Source: Bdellovibrionales bacterium
GTDB lineage: Bacteria; Bdellovibrionota; Bdellovibrionia; Bdellovibrionales; JAMPXM01
NCBI GenBank assembly: GCA_043739185.1
Contig: JAYUEN010000332.1
Coordinates: forward strand, 96,001 to 160,000
Length of the DNA: 64,000 nt
Reading direction: 5' to 3'
Part shown: positions 28,604-37,854 of the stretch, one piece after another
How positions within the stretch are numbered: position 1 is the stretch's first letter
Layout of the letters: every line of letters starts with the position of its first letter
The notes under the pieces: model-generated
What the model was told of the DNA's origin: nothing
Database searches by the model: none
What the model saw: the letters and a program-made list of their open reading frames with translations, nothing else
Translations under genes and position numbers: made by a program

Positions 28604-30754
28604 ATGACTGTAGAACATCAGAATTTTAAATTTTTTGGCATTTGTCCTTTTGTTTCGTCCGAAAATATTTTGGCCCGGCTGCAACTTGGCCTTTCGAAAC
28701 AAGAGCTTGAACCCCAACAAATTGAAAATGAAATCGCTGATAAAATCGAGCGAAACTCTTTCATTTTGATTCCTAGTCACTTTTGGTGGCGTGAAGACTC
28801 TGAATCATTGCTTGAGCTTCTTACTCCTTATGCCCCGAAGATTGTCCTTCAATGTGGGCCTGGTTTTGAGCTGAGTGAAAAGCTAGAGTTGATTGAACAT
28901 GCATTGAACAAGGGTTTTAGATTGCAAATTGTCTGTCAAAAGAAGCTCTCTTACGCCCAAGAGAATCGTCTGCAGAGTATTTTGCAACATCGAGAACAAA
29001 TTGAAATTAGCTTATTTGTCGAAGAGGCCGAAGAAGCTTTTGGCGATTTAAAATATTTTTGCGAAAACTTCTTAGATTTGCTGAATATTAGTTTAACCAA
29101 GTATTCGTTTGGGCTACTGGCTGAATTGGCCGAAGTGCAAACTGAATTTTCGCAGCTTAAGTTTTTAGATTTATCAAGAGAAAAGGCTATTACCTATTCT
29201 CAAGCGATTGAAGGAACCCAGTACGCCAAATCTACCGCACTACTGAGAAGTTCGCGACCGAGAACTTCGGTGGTTTTTGCATTAAATATTCTCAGTTCCT
29301 TTATTTCTCTTATATTTCTACCAAGTTTTGAAAAGATTAAACGCTTTCGAACAAAAGTAAAAGGCGATCTTCAAATTCTTTGGGGTTTTTTAGTTACCAT
29401 TTGGAGCAAATCATACTGGCCATCCCGGTCCGTTTGCATTGAGCTTTATTGGCAATTTATTCGATCGTTTACGAAAACTTATTGGGTGAATCGCTCTGTT
29501 TTTTCAAACTTGATCTGGTTTTCAAAGCGATTCATTTTAAGTATTTGGTGGCATTCTCAGGCCATTGGTACTAAATCCTATTGGCTCACTCGACAAATGA
29601 CCTCGCGAAGCTATTGGACACTATGGAGTCTCAATTCCGATAGCAAAGCGTTTATGAAGGTTTGGGCCTCAAGATCTTATTGGACGCTCAATCGTTTGGG
29701 CTCAATTTCCTATTGGAAGATGCGAGAGCTTATTTCAAACTTCATGGGTCTCTTGAAATACCTAGCGACTAAACTGTTTTGGATATTTGCAAAACCATTT
29801 ATCATGGCCTACTGGGCTATTAGGAGAGGCTACTATAATTTATTGGTAGCCTTAGAATGTATGGTCACAAAATCTTACTGGCATTTGCGAAGTTTCATTT
29901 CAAATGCTCAGGGGATGACAAACTACATCGGCACCATACTATATTGGACAGTGATTAGAACTTCCACACAGGCCTATTGGCCCTTAAGGGCATTTTTCTT
30001 GAATTCTTACGGCCAATCGAAAAAATGCCTTATTGTGAGTTTTTGGCGACTCGCAAATTTATCTTCAAAAACTTTTTGGATGTTTTTTTCGAAAATTGAA
30101 AATTTGAATTATTTTCTGAGAGGTGGTCGCGGAGCCTCAGAAAAATTGGCGGTTCTGACTTTTTGGAGCATCCGAAGGAACATTACCAATTACTACTGGC
30201 CAGTTTATAATAAGTTTACAAAATTTGGCGGTTTTTTGAGAAATTTGAGGGGCATTGTTACCAAGTTTTTAGTTTTTTCTTTTTGGTGTATTGTGCGTTT
30301 TGCCAACAAGACTTACTGGCTTTTTCGAGAGACATTTTCAAATTTCACGGGCTCCTTAAAGAGACTGCAGGGGCTCACTGTTAAATTTGCCGTCTTCACA
30401 TTCTGGTTTTCTATGCGCTTTGCTAGTAAGATCTACTGGATTTTTCGAAGCTCTCTTTCAAATTTTGCGGGCGCCTTAAAGAGAATACAGGGCTTAATTG
30501 CTAAATTTGCAATCTTCAGTTTTTGGTCTGGAGTCCGACTTTCAAATAGAGTTTACTGGGAGCTTCGGAGTCATTTTTTGCTTATGGTCGGAATCGCAAA
30601 AAAGTTTTTAATTGTCGGCTTCTATTGGATTTGGAAATGCCCTTTCTGGCCACTTCGTAAATTAAGTTGGATTCTTAGCTCCGAGCTACAAAGACGAATG
30701 CCAAAGATTTTTGGCTTAGAATTAGGTAGAAGATCAACGCGAAAAAATATTTAA
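28604..30754 (+). CDS. Hypothetical protein with a long Trp/aromatic 11-residue repeat region
   Basis: 716-aa ORF 7 bp after recN; [YF]W pairs recur at 11, 22 and 29 residue spacing over about 400 aa. Confidence 0.75.
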   Translation: MTVEHQNFKFFGICPFVSSENILARLQLGLSKQELEPQQIENEIADKIERNSFILIPSHFWWREDSESLLELLTPYAPKIVLQCGPGFELSEKLELIEHALNKGFRLQIVCQKKLSYAQENRLQSILQHREQIEISLFVEEAEEAFGDLKYFCENFLDLLNISLTKYSFGLLAELAEVQTEFSQLKFLDLSREKAITYSQAIEGTQYAKSTALLRSSRPRTSVVFALNILSSFISLIFLPSFEKIKRFRTKVKGDLQILWGFLVTIWSKSYWPSRSVCIELYWQFIRSFTKTYWVNRSVFSNLIWFSKRFILSIWWHSQAIGTKSYWLTRQMTSRSYWTLWSLNSDSKAFMKVWASRSYWTLNRLGSISYWKMRELISNFMGLLKYLATKLFWIFAKPFIMAYWAIRRGYYNLLVALECMVTKSYWHLRSFISNAQGMTNYIGTILYWTVIRTSTQAYWPLRAFFLNSYGQSKKCLIVSFWRLANLSSKTFWMFFSKIENLNYFLRGGRGASEKLAVLTFWSIRRNITNYYWPVYNKFTKFGGFLRNLRGIVTKFLVFSFWCIVRFANKTYWLFRETFSNFTGSLKRLQGLTVKFAVFTFWFSMRFASKIYWIFRSSLSNFAGALKRIQGLIAKFAIFSFWSGVRLSNRVYWELRSHFLLMVGIAKKFLIVGFYWIWKCPFWPLRKLSWILSSELQRRMPKIFGLELGRRSTRKNI

Positions 30755-31521
30755 AGTTCCCATTGCCCTTCCGCATTGAGACGCGCAAATCGTGCCTTAG
30801 CTTCATCAATGACAAAGCATTCAGGGTGATCAAACCAAGCTCCAAGATTGATGCTCCTAACTGGCCGTCCCTCTTTCAATAAACTCTGATCATCACGGAC
30901 ATGAACATGCCCACTGATAATTAGATCTAAATTAGGATCCGAAATTCTCAAAAGGTGTTGTCTTAGCAACTCCCTAATCTTTTCTTCGCGCAAACTTTTG
31001 GCCGTCGAAGTGTATTCTCTGCTAGCCAAACTCGCGCGCGTGCCAATCCATTTGACCACCACTCCCGGAAGTTTTTTTGCGAGAAAAGGAATGGGTTCAG
31101 TGCGCAGAAGGCGATATAAAAAAAGATAGCCTTTATCTTCGGGATTGATCAGATCACCGTGCTCGACTCTTACTCGCAGCTTTCCCAAATTAAAGACTTC
31201 GGCTCGCGTATGAACTTGAACGCCTATCTCTTTCTGCCAAAAATCCGTAAGGAAAAGATCGTGGTTACCTTCAAAATAATGTATAGATAAGTTTTTTTCT
31301 TTGAGCCGCTTGAGCTGATCAACTATGGCCTGAAATTTTTGAATAAAGAAGCTATGCGAACCTATCCACAAATCAAAGATGTCTCCGACTAAAAAAAGAT
31401 GGGTCGCCGGATCTAAACTATCCATTGATTTTTCAATTTGAAATAAAAAACCGAGTAGGGTTTTGCTACTCGGTTCGTCAGGTTCTTTGAGGTGAATGTC
31501 TGAGACAAAAAATGCTTTCAT
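30751..31521 (-). CDS. lpxH: UDP-2,3-diacylglucosamine hydrolase-like metallophosphoesterase
   Basis: SDIHL, GDIFDLW, GNHD, EHGD, GHVH and NLGAW; follows ftsZ. Confidence 0.75.
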   Translation of the reverse strand: MKAFFVSDIHLKEPDEPSSKTLLGFLFQIEKSMDSLDPATHLFLVGDIFDLWIGSHSFFIQKFQAIVDQLKRLKEKNLSIHYFEGNHDLFLTDFWQKEIGVQVHTRAEVFNLGKLRVRVEHGDLINPEDKGYLFLYRLLRTEPIPFLAKKLPGVVVKWIGTRASLASREYTSTAKSLREEKIRELLRQHLLRISDPNLDLIISGHVHVRDDQSLLKEGRPVRSINLGAWFDHPECFVIDEAKARFARLNAEGQWEL

Positions 31522-31541
31522 TTTTGAAAGCTTAACTCAAA

Positions 31542-33182
31542 TTAGCCGATGCTTCCATCAATCTCGTCGGGTTTTTTGCGTCTTAAAAAAGTCGGAACTT
31601 CTAAATTGCGATTTTCAAAAGGAGAATTCGCCATCTCACTCGCTAGTCTGCGAGCAAGCTCTAGGGGATCGCCATTTTCAACGTCCATCGACAATTGCTC
31701 AGGCGCTCCTGTTTTAAATCTTTGGGCCTGGCTCTCCCGATAAGCTTTTGCTTTTGCTAGGAGCGCTTCTCTTGGGAGTGGTTTTGCCAAAGCTCCACTT
31801 GCTTCTGGAGCTTGAGGAGCTTCATGATTTTGTCTTGTTGCAGGAGCATTTTGCTCCGGAATCCCCCCGGAATACCCGCCGACCCCATGGACTGGACTGG
31901 CCGCCACCTGTTGCTCAGGTGAATAAATCGGCTGCGCCTGTGTTGGTGCATAAGACGCCATTTGCTGCGCGTGCATTTGTTGCGCCGTTGGGTATTGCAT
32001 ATTTGGCTGCCCCATTGGTGAGGCCATTTGAGGAGCCATCATTTGAGATTGTACTTGTTGATGCTGCATATTTGGGGCCGGATATCCCAATTGAGATGGT
32101 TGCTGAGGCTGCTGGTTCGGCATATATTGATGAGCATTGGCCAAATGATTCATTTGCTGTGAAGAGCGCATTTGATGAGCCAAAGCTTGCATCTGTTGAC
32201 TGTCGAATGCTCCCATTTGAGCATTGTCTTTGCCAAAGCCGGTTGCAATAACGGTAACTTGAATTTCGTCTCCCATTGCCTCATCGATAACGGCACCAAA
32301 AATAATTTCAGCATCTTCATGAGCGGCTTCGGTAATGAGCGTGCTCGCTTCGTTTACTTCCATGAGACTGAGTTCGCGTCCGCCAGTCACATTGATGATA
32401 ATTCCGGTTGCGCCCTCGATCGAAACATTTTCAAGAAGCGGAGAGGAAATAGAGGCCGTCGCTGCTTCAACTGCGCGATTTTCACCACGAGCTCGTCCCG
32501 CTCCCATAATTGCCATGCCCTTAGATGACATAACCGTGCGAATATCTGCAAAGTCGAGATTGATAAGACCGCGAATATTAATGAGATCTGAAATACCTTT
32601 TACTGCGTGAAGCAAAACTTCATCGGCTTTCTTAAAAGTTTCAAGTAGTGGAGTTTGAGAATTTGAAATCGAAAGCAATTTTTGATTTGGAATCACGATC
32701 AGAGTATCAACATTTTCCTTTAACTCTTGAATGCCACCGTCGGCGTGGCGCATGCGTTTTTTACCTTCAAACGAAAATGGTCTGGTGACCACACCTATCG
32801 TAAGAGCTCCAAGCTCCCGAGCAATTTTTGCTACGATGGGTGCGCCGCCCGTTCCGGTTCCGCCGCCCATTCCTGCGGTTACAAAAACCATGTCTGCACC
32901 TTCAAGTGCTTCGACGATATCATTATAAGATTCGATGGCGGCACGTTTGCCGATTTCAGGATTTGCACCAGCGCCCAAACCCTTGGTGAGCTCTTTTCCA
33001 AGTTGAATTTTTTGCGAAGCTTTGTGAGCCGCTAGTGCCTGACGATCCGTATTCGCCACGATGAATTCGACACCAGTTAGACCACCGTCAATCATGGTGA
33101 GTACAGCGTTGTTTCCCCCGCCCCCGATACCCACTACTTTGATATTCGCGCCGATATTGACGTTTTCTTCTAGTTCAAACAT
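31542..33182 (-). CDS. ftsZ: Cell division protein FtsZ with a long C-terminal linker
   Basis: GGGGNN, GAGANPE, GGGTGTG, INLDFAD and C-terminal peptide [10 protein letters not shown]. Confidence 0.98.
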   Translation of the reverse strand: MFELEENVNIGANIKVVGIGGGGNNAVLTMIDGGLTGVEFIVANTDRQALAAHKASQKIQLGKELTKGLGAGANPEIGKRAAIESYNDIVEALEGADMVFVTAGMGGGTGTGGAPIVAKIARELGALTIGVVTRPFSFEGKKRMRHADGGIQELKENVDTLIVIPNQKLLSISNSQTPLLETFKKADEVLLHAVKGISDLINIRGLINLDFADIRTVMSSKGMAIMGAGRARGENRAVEAATASISSPLLENVSIEGATGIIINVTGGRELSLMEVNEASTLITEAAHEDAEIIFGAVIDEAMGDEIQVTVIATGFGKDNAQMGAFDSQQMQALAHQMRSSQQMNHLANAHQYMPNQQPQQPSQLGYPAPNMQHQQVQSQMMAPQMASPMGQPNMQYPTAQQMHAQQMASYAPTQAQPIYSPEQQVAASPVHGVGGYSGGIPEQNAPATRQNHEAPQAPEASGALAKPLPREALLAKAKAYRESQAQRFKTGAPEQLSMDVENGDPLELARRLASEMANSPFENRNLEVPTFLRRKKPDEIDGSIG

Positions 33183-33201
33183 TTATCCTCCTAGGGCTCG
33201 C

Positions 33202-34569
33202 CTAATTTTTTAAAAGCTCTCCAAAAAAATCTTTCATTTTAGAACTGAATCCAGAAATGAACTCCTGCATTCCGGTTTCAATTTCTGGAGATATATTTAT
33301 TTTTTCTTTTTCTAATCCGTACATTAGTAATCCGACCGCGGTTGCATAACTTGGCGAGCGCACGACGTCGACCAGTCCGCCCACTTTAAGTGGCAAACCT
33401 TTTCGAACTGGCATATCAAATACAAATTCACCCATTTCAACAAGAGCCTCGAGATCGGCTCCGCCGCCAGTGAGTACCACGCCTGAACCTAGCTGTTGTG
33501 ATAGTCCGCTGGCCAAAATATCTTGATAGATTAATAGCATGGTCTCTTCAGCCCGGGCCTCAATAATTTGCCCAAGTTCGCGTCGTAAAATACTACGCGG
33601 ATTGCGACCACCGACACCATCGACTTCAATCATTTCTTTTTCATCAATAAATTCGGCAATTGCTGCACCAAACTTTTTCTTTAAAAGTTCGGCATTTGCA
33701 AAAGGAGTGCGTAAGCCCATTGAGAGGTCTTGAGTAAACTGCATTCCGCCAACCGGAACGAGCCCGGTATAACCGACACTGCCATTTGCGTAAACAATGA
33801 CATCACTTGTGCCGCCACCAATATCTACGACAACTGCGCCAAGTTTTTTTTCATCTTCACTTAAAACTGCAAGTGCGCTTGCGAATTGTTGAAGAACTAA
33901 ACTCTTAACTTTTAATCCGGCTTTTTCTGTACACTTCAAAGCATTCTGCAATGATGTTCTGCCTGCTGTGATGATATGAACATTGGCTTCAAGTCTGACC
34001 CCTGTCATACCAATGGGATCAAATATTCCCTCTTGATCATCGAGTTTAAATTCTCTTGGCAAAACATGCAAAACTTCACGATCCGCAGGTACAACAACCG
34101 CTTTCGCGGCTTCGATAACACGCGTGACGTCTTCAGGTCGCACTTCTTTATTTCGAATCGCGACCATTCCTTTAGAATCAAAACTTTTAATATGTGTGCC
34201 GCCAATTGAAACATAAACTTCATCGACGACTTCGCCGGCCATGAGCTCAGCTTCTTCACGTGCTCTGCGAATCGACTCAATAGTGGCCTCGACATTCACC
34301 ACGGCACCTTGACGAATTCCGTGGCTGGGAGCTGAGCCCAAGCCAACGATATTCATATTCCAATCGTGTAGTGAGCCAATGCTATTGTTCGCGGTTTGCG
34401 CGCCTGATCTTAAGTTCGAAGCAACTGCTTTCGCATTCTGATTTTTTTCTTCGTAAACATTTGCCGGCGCCCAGGGACTTTGAATAGAGCCAATAACAAA
34501 AGTAATTTTACTGGTTCCGATATCAAGACCGGCGATGAACTTTGATTTTTTTTGCGATGTTTTACTCAT
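33202..34569 (-). CDS. ftsA: Cell division protein FtsA
   Basis: GLDIGTSK, GMTGVRLE, VDIGGGT, VLTGGG and YATAVGL, plus C-terminal amphipathic helix. Confidence 0.96.
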   Translation of the reverse strand: MSKTSQKKSKFIAGLDIGTSKITFVIGSIQSPWAPANVYEEKNQNAKAVASNLRSGAQTANNSIGSLHDWNMNIVGLGSAPSHGIRQGAVVNVEATIESIRRAREEAELMAGEVVDEVYVSIGGTHIKSFDSKGMVAIRNKEVRPEDVTRVIEAAKAVVVPADREVLHVLPREFKLDDQEGIFDPIGMTGVRLEANVHIITAGRTSLQNALKCTEKAGLKVKSLVLQQFASALAVLSEDEKKLGAVVVDIGGGTSDVIVYANGSVGYTGLVPVGGMQFTQDLSMGLRTPFANAELLKKKFGAAIAEFIDEKEMIEVDGVGGRNPRSILRRELGQIIEARAEETMLLIYQDILASGLSQQLGSGVVLTGGGADLEALVEMGEFVFDMPVRKGLPLKVGGLVDVVRSPSYATAVGLLMYGLEKEKINISPEIETGMQEFISGFSSKMKDFFGELLKN

Positions 34570-34770
34570 CCTTAATTCATCCTAAAATTCATCCGTGAAC
34601 TTTTAAAAGCGAGACTTCAAAAAATTTCGAAACTTGAAAGGCTTTTTTGACCAAGGTCGCTTTTGTCTGCACGTCTAGTTGTTCATTCATTCGAGCTTAT
34701 TTATATTGTCCTTTACGCAATCCATTTGCATTGAAGACAAAAGTCCGATGCGATCGGACCTAACTTAAGG

Positions 34771-35532
34771 CTACGAACCCTTACGCAGTCTGACAAGAAC
34801 TTTCTTTGAGAATCGAGCATCGATGACGCGGCCATTCAATTGGTTGCTGTTGAGATATTCAATCACTTGTGCAACTCGGGCCGCTTTGATTGCGGCATGA
34901 TCCGCACTCATTTTGACAATACTTTTACTTGGTAAAATTAATAAATTGAAATTTTCATCCTTCGTATACGAAATTTCTGCAATATTTTTTGGAGAGAGCT
35001 CTGAATTATCCGCAACATCTTTTAAAAAATTCACTGCGAGTTTTCGCAGGCTCAAATTCTTAAAAAAGTTTTCACCCTTCAAAACAGGAAGCTCTGGCAA
35101 ATACGAAATCTGAACCTGTGAGAGAATTTGACCATTTTCAGAAACACCAAAAACGCCAGTCCCATAGGCGATCAATGCAATCGGCATTTCAATTTCTAAA
35201 GAAAGACTAATTTGATTAGGAAATCGTCTTGAAATCGCAACCATTTTAAACCAATTGTTTTGCATTAGGCTTGATCGAAGTGATGCAATATCAATCTGCC
35301 AAATTTCTTTCTCAATTTCTAAACCCAATCGTTCACTTGCACTTTTTTGTAAATATTCACACAGAAGTTTTTGCGCCAGGCAATACTCTTTTGTTTGATC
35401 TGTCCACTCAATGTGAATGGCTTCGATTGAGAATATTTTCTTATCTAAACGAAAAGTCAAAAAGGCTGAAGAAAGGAGTGCGACAAAAATCACAACGAGG
35501 CTGGCAATTTTGAAAAACTTATTTGTTTTCAC
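34771..35532 (-). CDS. ftsQ: Cell division protein FtsQ/DivIB
   Basis: N-terminal TM, POTRA-like W...ISRRFPN, terminal IDARF...VLVR, and position upstream of ftsA. Confidence 0.85.
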   Translation of the reverse strand: MKTNKFFKIASLVVIFVALLSSAFLTFRLDKKIFSIEAIHIEWTDQTKEYCLAQKLLCEYLQKSASERLGLEIEKEIWQIDIASLRSSLMQNNWFKMVAISRRFPNQISLSLEIEMPIALIAYGTGVFGVSENGQILSQVQISYLPELPVLKGENFFKNLSLRKLAVNFLKDVADNSELSPKNIAEISYTKDENFNLLILPSKSIVKMSADHAAIKAARVAQVIEYLNSNQLNGRVIDARFSKKVLVRLRKGS

Positions 35533-35732
35533 GTTTTCATCTTAGCTTTAAACTTTGCTTTTATACAGACTTGTTGCGGGCCCTAGGCTTTTGGCCAAGC
35601 CGCTCTTCTTAAAAACTAGCCAAAGATCTATGATAAAACTACAGGGGCAGGCACCCCGGTTTAGCTAATCCCGGCGCAGTGGAACCTTTTCCCCCAACAA
35701 GACGTTGGTATGCGGCAGCAAGTAGTTCGAAA

Positions 35733-35788
35733 CCAGAGACTGAAACTGCCAAACGGCTAACCGCCGCGGCTGCCACGAAAACTGATTT
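35733..35788 (-). repeat. Dispersed 56-bp intergenic element, copy 2 (inverted relative to copy 1)
   Basis: 54/56 identity to 22776-22831; weaker similarity extends to about 35621. Confidence 0.9.
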
Positions 35789-35818
35789 GAATTTTAAAAC
35801 TCAGCCCAAACTCATCGT

Positions 35819-36955
35819 TTACTGCAAAAAATCCCGAATGACTTTATCGGCGCGATCAATGGCAAAAATCCCATCTAAATGCCCGCCCTGTCCTTCGATT
35901 TCAAAATACTCAGCCTTCAATCCTCGTGCACGCAATTCATAAACGGCCACTTCCGAATATTTTGGCAGCATTAAAAGATCACTTTGAGCGCTTATAAATA
36001 AAAATTTACTTTTCATCCTCGCAATTGAGTTCATTACCGAAAAGTTTTGCACGGCTTTGACAATATAAAGAAAATGATTTGGGTCCATAAATTTCATACG
36101 TTCACTGGCAATTTCATCAAGTCCAGTTTGCAATTCACTTTTACTTGCGAAGCTTTTATTTGAACTTTCAATATCTCGTACACTTGAGCTGCGCGCCCAG
36201 TCCGGAGAAAGCGAATTCAAAGTGACCATTCGCAAGGCCTGCTTTAATCCTTCCGCGGGAAAGAAATTGGCATAATAATTTCCTGCATTCCAATTTGAAT
36301 CGAGTAATATTGGCGCGCACCAAAAATCAACGATCCCATTGAGATAGGCCGGCGAATGAAAACCACAGCCAATAACCGGAATGGCCCGCTCAAGCATTTC
36401 GGGATAACTCGCTGCCCATTGCATGACTTGCATTGCACCTAAAGAGGGACCTGCCACCGCATGAAATTTTTCGATTTTTAAGAAGCCAGCTACTGCCTTT
36501 TGAATTTCTACAAAATCCTTGATGTCGATGAGTGGAAAACTCATTCCATAGGGCTTTTGAGTTTGCGGATTGAGGCTTGTAGGCCCGGTTGAAATCACTC
36601 GTGGATCACCAATATTCAAATTACAAAGCGTATCGACAGCCAATACAAAAAAACGATCGGTATCAATGGCCTTTCCTGGCCCGATGATCAAATCCCAATA
36701 ACCAGGCTCGGCATCCTCTAAAGAATATTTACCTGCGGCATTTGAGCTTCCGCTAAAATAATGACAAATCAAAATGGCATTGTCTCTTTTGTCGTTGAGC
36801 CTTCCATAGCACTCATAGCCAATATTCAAATCTATAATTTTTTCACCTGAGCAAGTGTGAAATTCATCTAAGTGAAAGCTTTGCTTTTGCTTCAACCAAT
36901 AGGGTGGAGCTGGCAACTTATGATCTGGCATACGAAGTGTAAAAGGTTTAAACAT
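35819..36955 (-). CDS. MetX-like alpha/beta hydrolase (homoserine O-acetyltransferase-like, probable esterase)
   Basis: NAILICHYFSG, GYWD..IGPGKAIDTD, nucleophile motif GPSLG, SDLL and GHLDG. Confidence 0.8.
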   Translation of the reverse strand: MFKPFTLRMPDHKLPAPPYWLKQKQSFHLDEFHTCSGEKIIDLNIGYECYGRLNDKRDNAILICHYFSGSSNAAGKYSLEDAEPGYWDLIIGPGKAIDTDRFFVLAVDTLCNLNIGDPRVISTGPTSLNPQTQKPYGMSFPLIDIKDFVEIQKAVAGFLKIEKFHAVAGPSLGAMQVMQWAASYPEMLERAIPVIGCGFHSPAYLNGIVDFWCAPILLDSNWNAGNYYANFFPAEGLKQALRMVTLNSLSPDWARSSSVRDIESSNKSFASKSELQTGLDEIASERMKFMDPNHFLYIVKAVQNFSVMNSIARMKSKFLFISAQSDLLMLPKYSEVAVYELRARGLKAEYFEIEGQGGHLDGIFAIDRADKVIRDFLQ

Positions 36956-37071
36956 TTGAATCTCTTACCCAGAGTTTTAGAATAAGCCAATGAATTTCTG
37001 GGGCCTAGTAGGTCTGAAGTTGACTAGGCGAATATTCTTGCTAAAAGCATGCTTACAAATAGGAGTTTAAA

Positions 37072-37854
37072 ATGCTTAAAAACAAATGCGCTTTGGTAAC
37101 CGGCTCAACCTCAGGAATCGGTCTCGGAATTGCTAAGTCTTTGGCAGCACAAGGCTGCAATATCATTTTAAATGGTTTTGGCGATACAAAGCAAATTGAA
37201 GAAATTCGTGAAAATTTATCAAAAGAGTTTTCAATTCGGGCTCACTACAATGGCGCGGATATGTCTAAACCAGAACAAATTCGCCAAATGATTCACGAGG
37301 CAGAAGAAATTTTTGGTGGAGTCGATATCTTAGTCAATAATGCCGGCATTCAGTTTGTTTCAGCTATTGACCAATTTCCTGAAGAAAAATGGGATTCAAT
37401 ATTGGCAATTAATTTGTCCTCTAATTTTCATACGACTAAAGCCGTATTACCAAAAATGAAGAAGAAAAATTGGGGACGAATCATTAATCTCGCAAGCGTT
37501 CACGGCATGGTGGCATCACCTTTTAAATCAGCATATGTAGCAGCTAAACACGGAGTTTTAGGCTTAACTAAAGCGACTGCACTTGAATTGGTTGAATTCA
37601 ATATTACCTGCAATGCAATTTGCCCCGGTTATGTATTGACCCCACTTGTTGAAGGACAAATTGATCAGCAGGCAAAGGCGCATAATCTACCTCGCGAAAA
37701 GGTAATTAGCGATGTCATCCTCGCCTCTCAACCAAAAAAATCTTTTGTCGAAGTTGAGCAGCTGGGTGCCCTCACGGTTTTCTTATGCAGTGATTCTGCG
37801 AGCAGCTTGACTGGCGCCACTTTGCCAGTCGATGGCGCGTGGACCGCCCGCTAA
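37072..37854 (+). CDS. bdhA: D-3-hydroxybutyrate dehydrogenase (SDR)
   Basis: TGSTSGIGLG, NNAGIQ, SVHG..ASPFKSAYVAAKHG, CPGYVLTPLV and DGAWTA. Confidence 0.88.
   Translation: MLKNKCALVTGSTSGIGLGIAKSLAAQGCNIILNGFGDTKQIEEIRENLSKEFSIRAHYNGADMSKPEQIRQMIHEAEEIFGGVDILVNNAGIQFVSAIDQFPEEKWDSILAINLSSNFHTTKAVLPKMKKKNWGRIINLASVHGMVASPFKSAYVAAKHGVLGLTKATALELVEFNITCNAICPGYVLTPLVEGQIDQQAKAHNLPREKVISDVILASQPKKSFVEVEQLGALTVFLCSDSASSLTGATLPVDGAWTAR

Noticed and set aside
28604..30754. Prophage tape-measure gene
   Set aside because: The periodicity matches, but there are no tail, capsid, terminase or integrase genes and the composition is far more aromatic and basic; kept only as an analogy.
31748..32251. 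Antisense ORFs over ftsZ and other long genes (e.g. 652-1062, 54087-54455, 59948-60265)
   Set aside because: Shadow or alternative frames of well-supported genes with no independent motifs.
35819..36955. Calling the hydrolase metX
   Set aside because: GPSLG nucleophile motif and absence of met-pathway neighbours leave acyltransferase activity unsupported.
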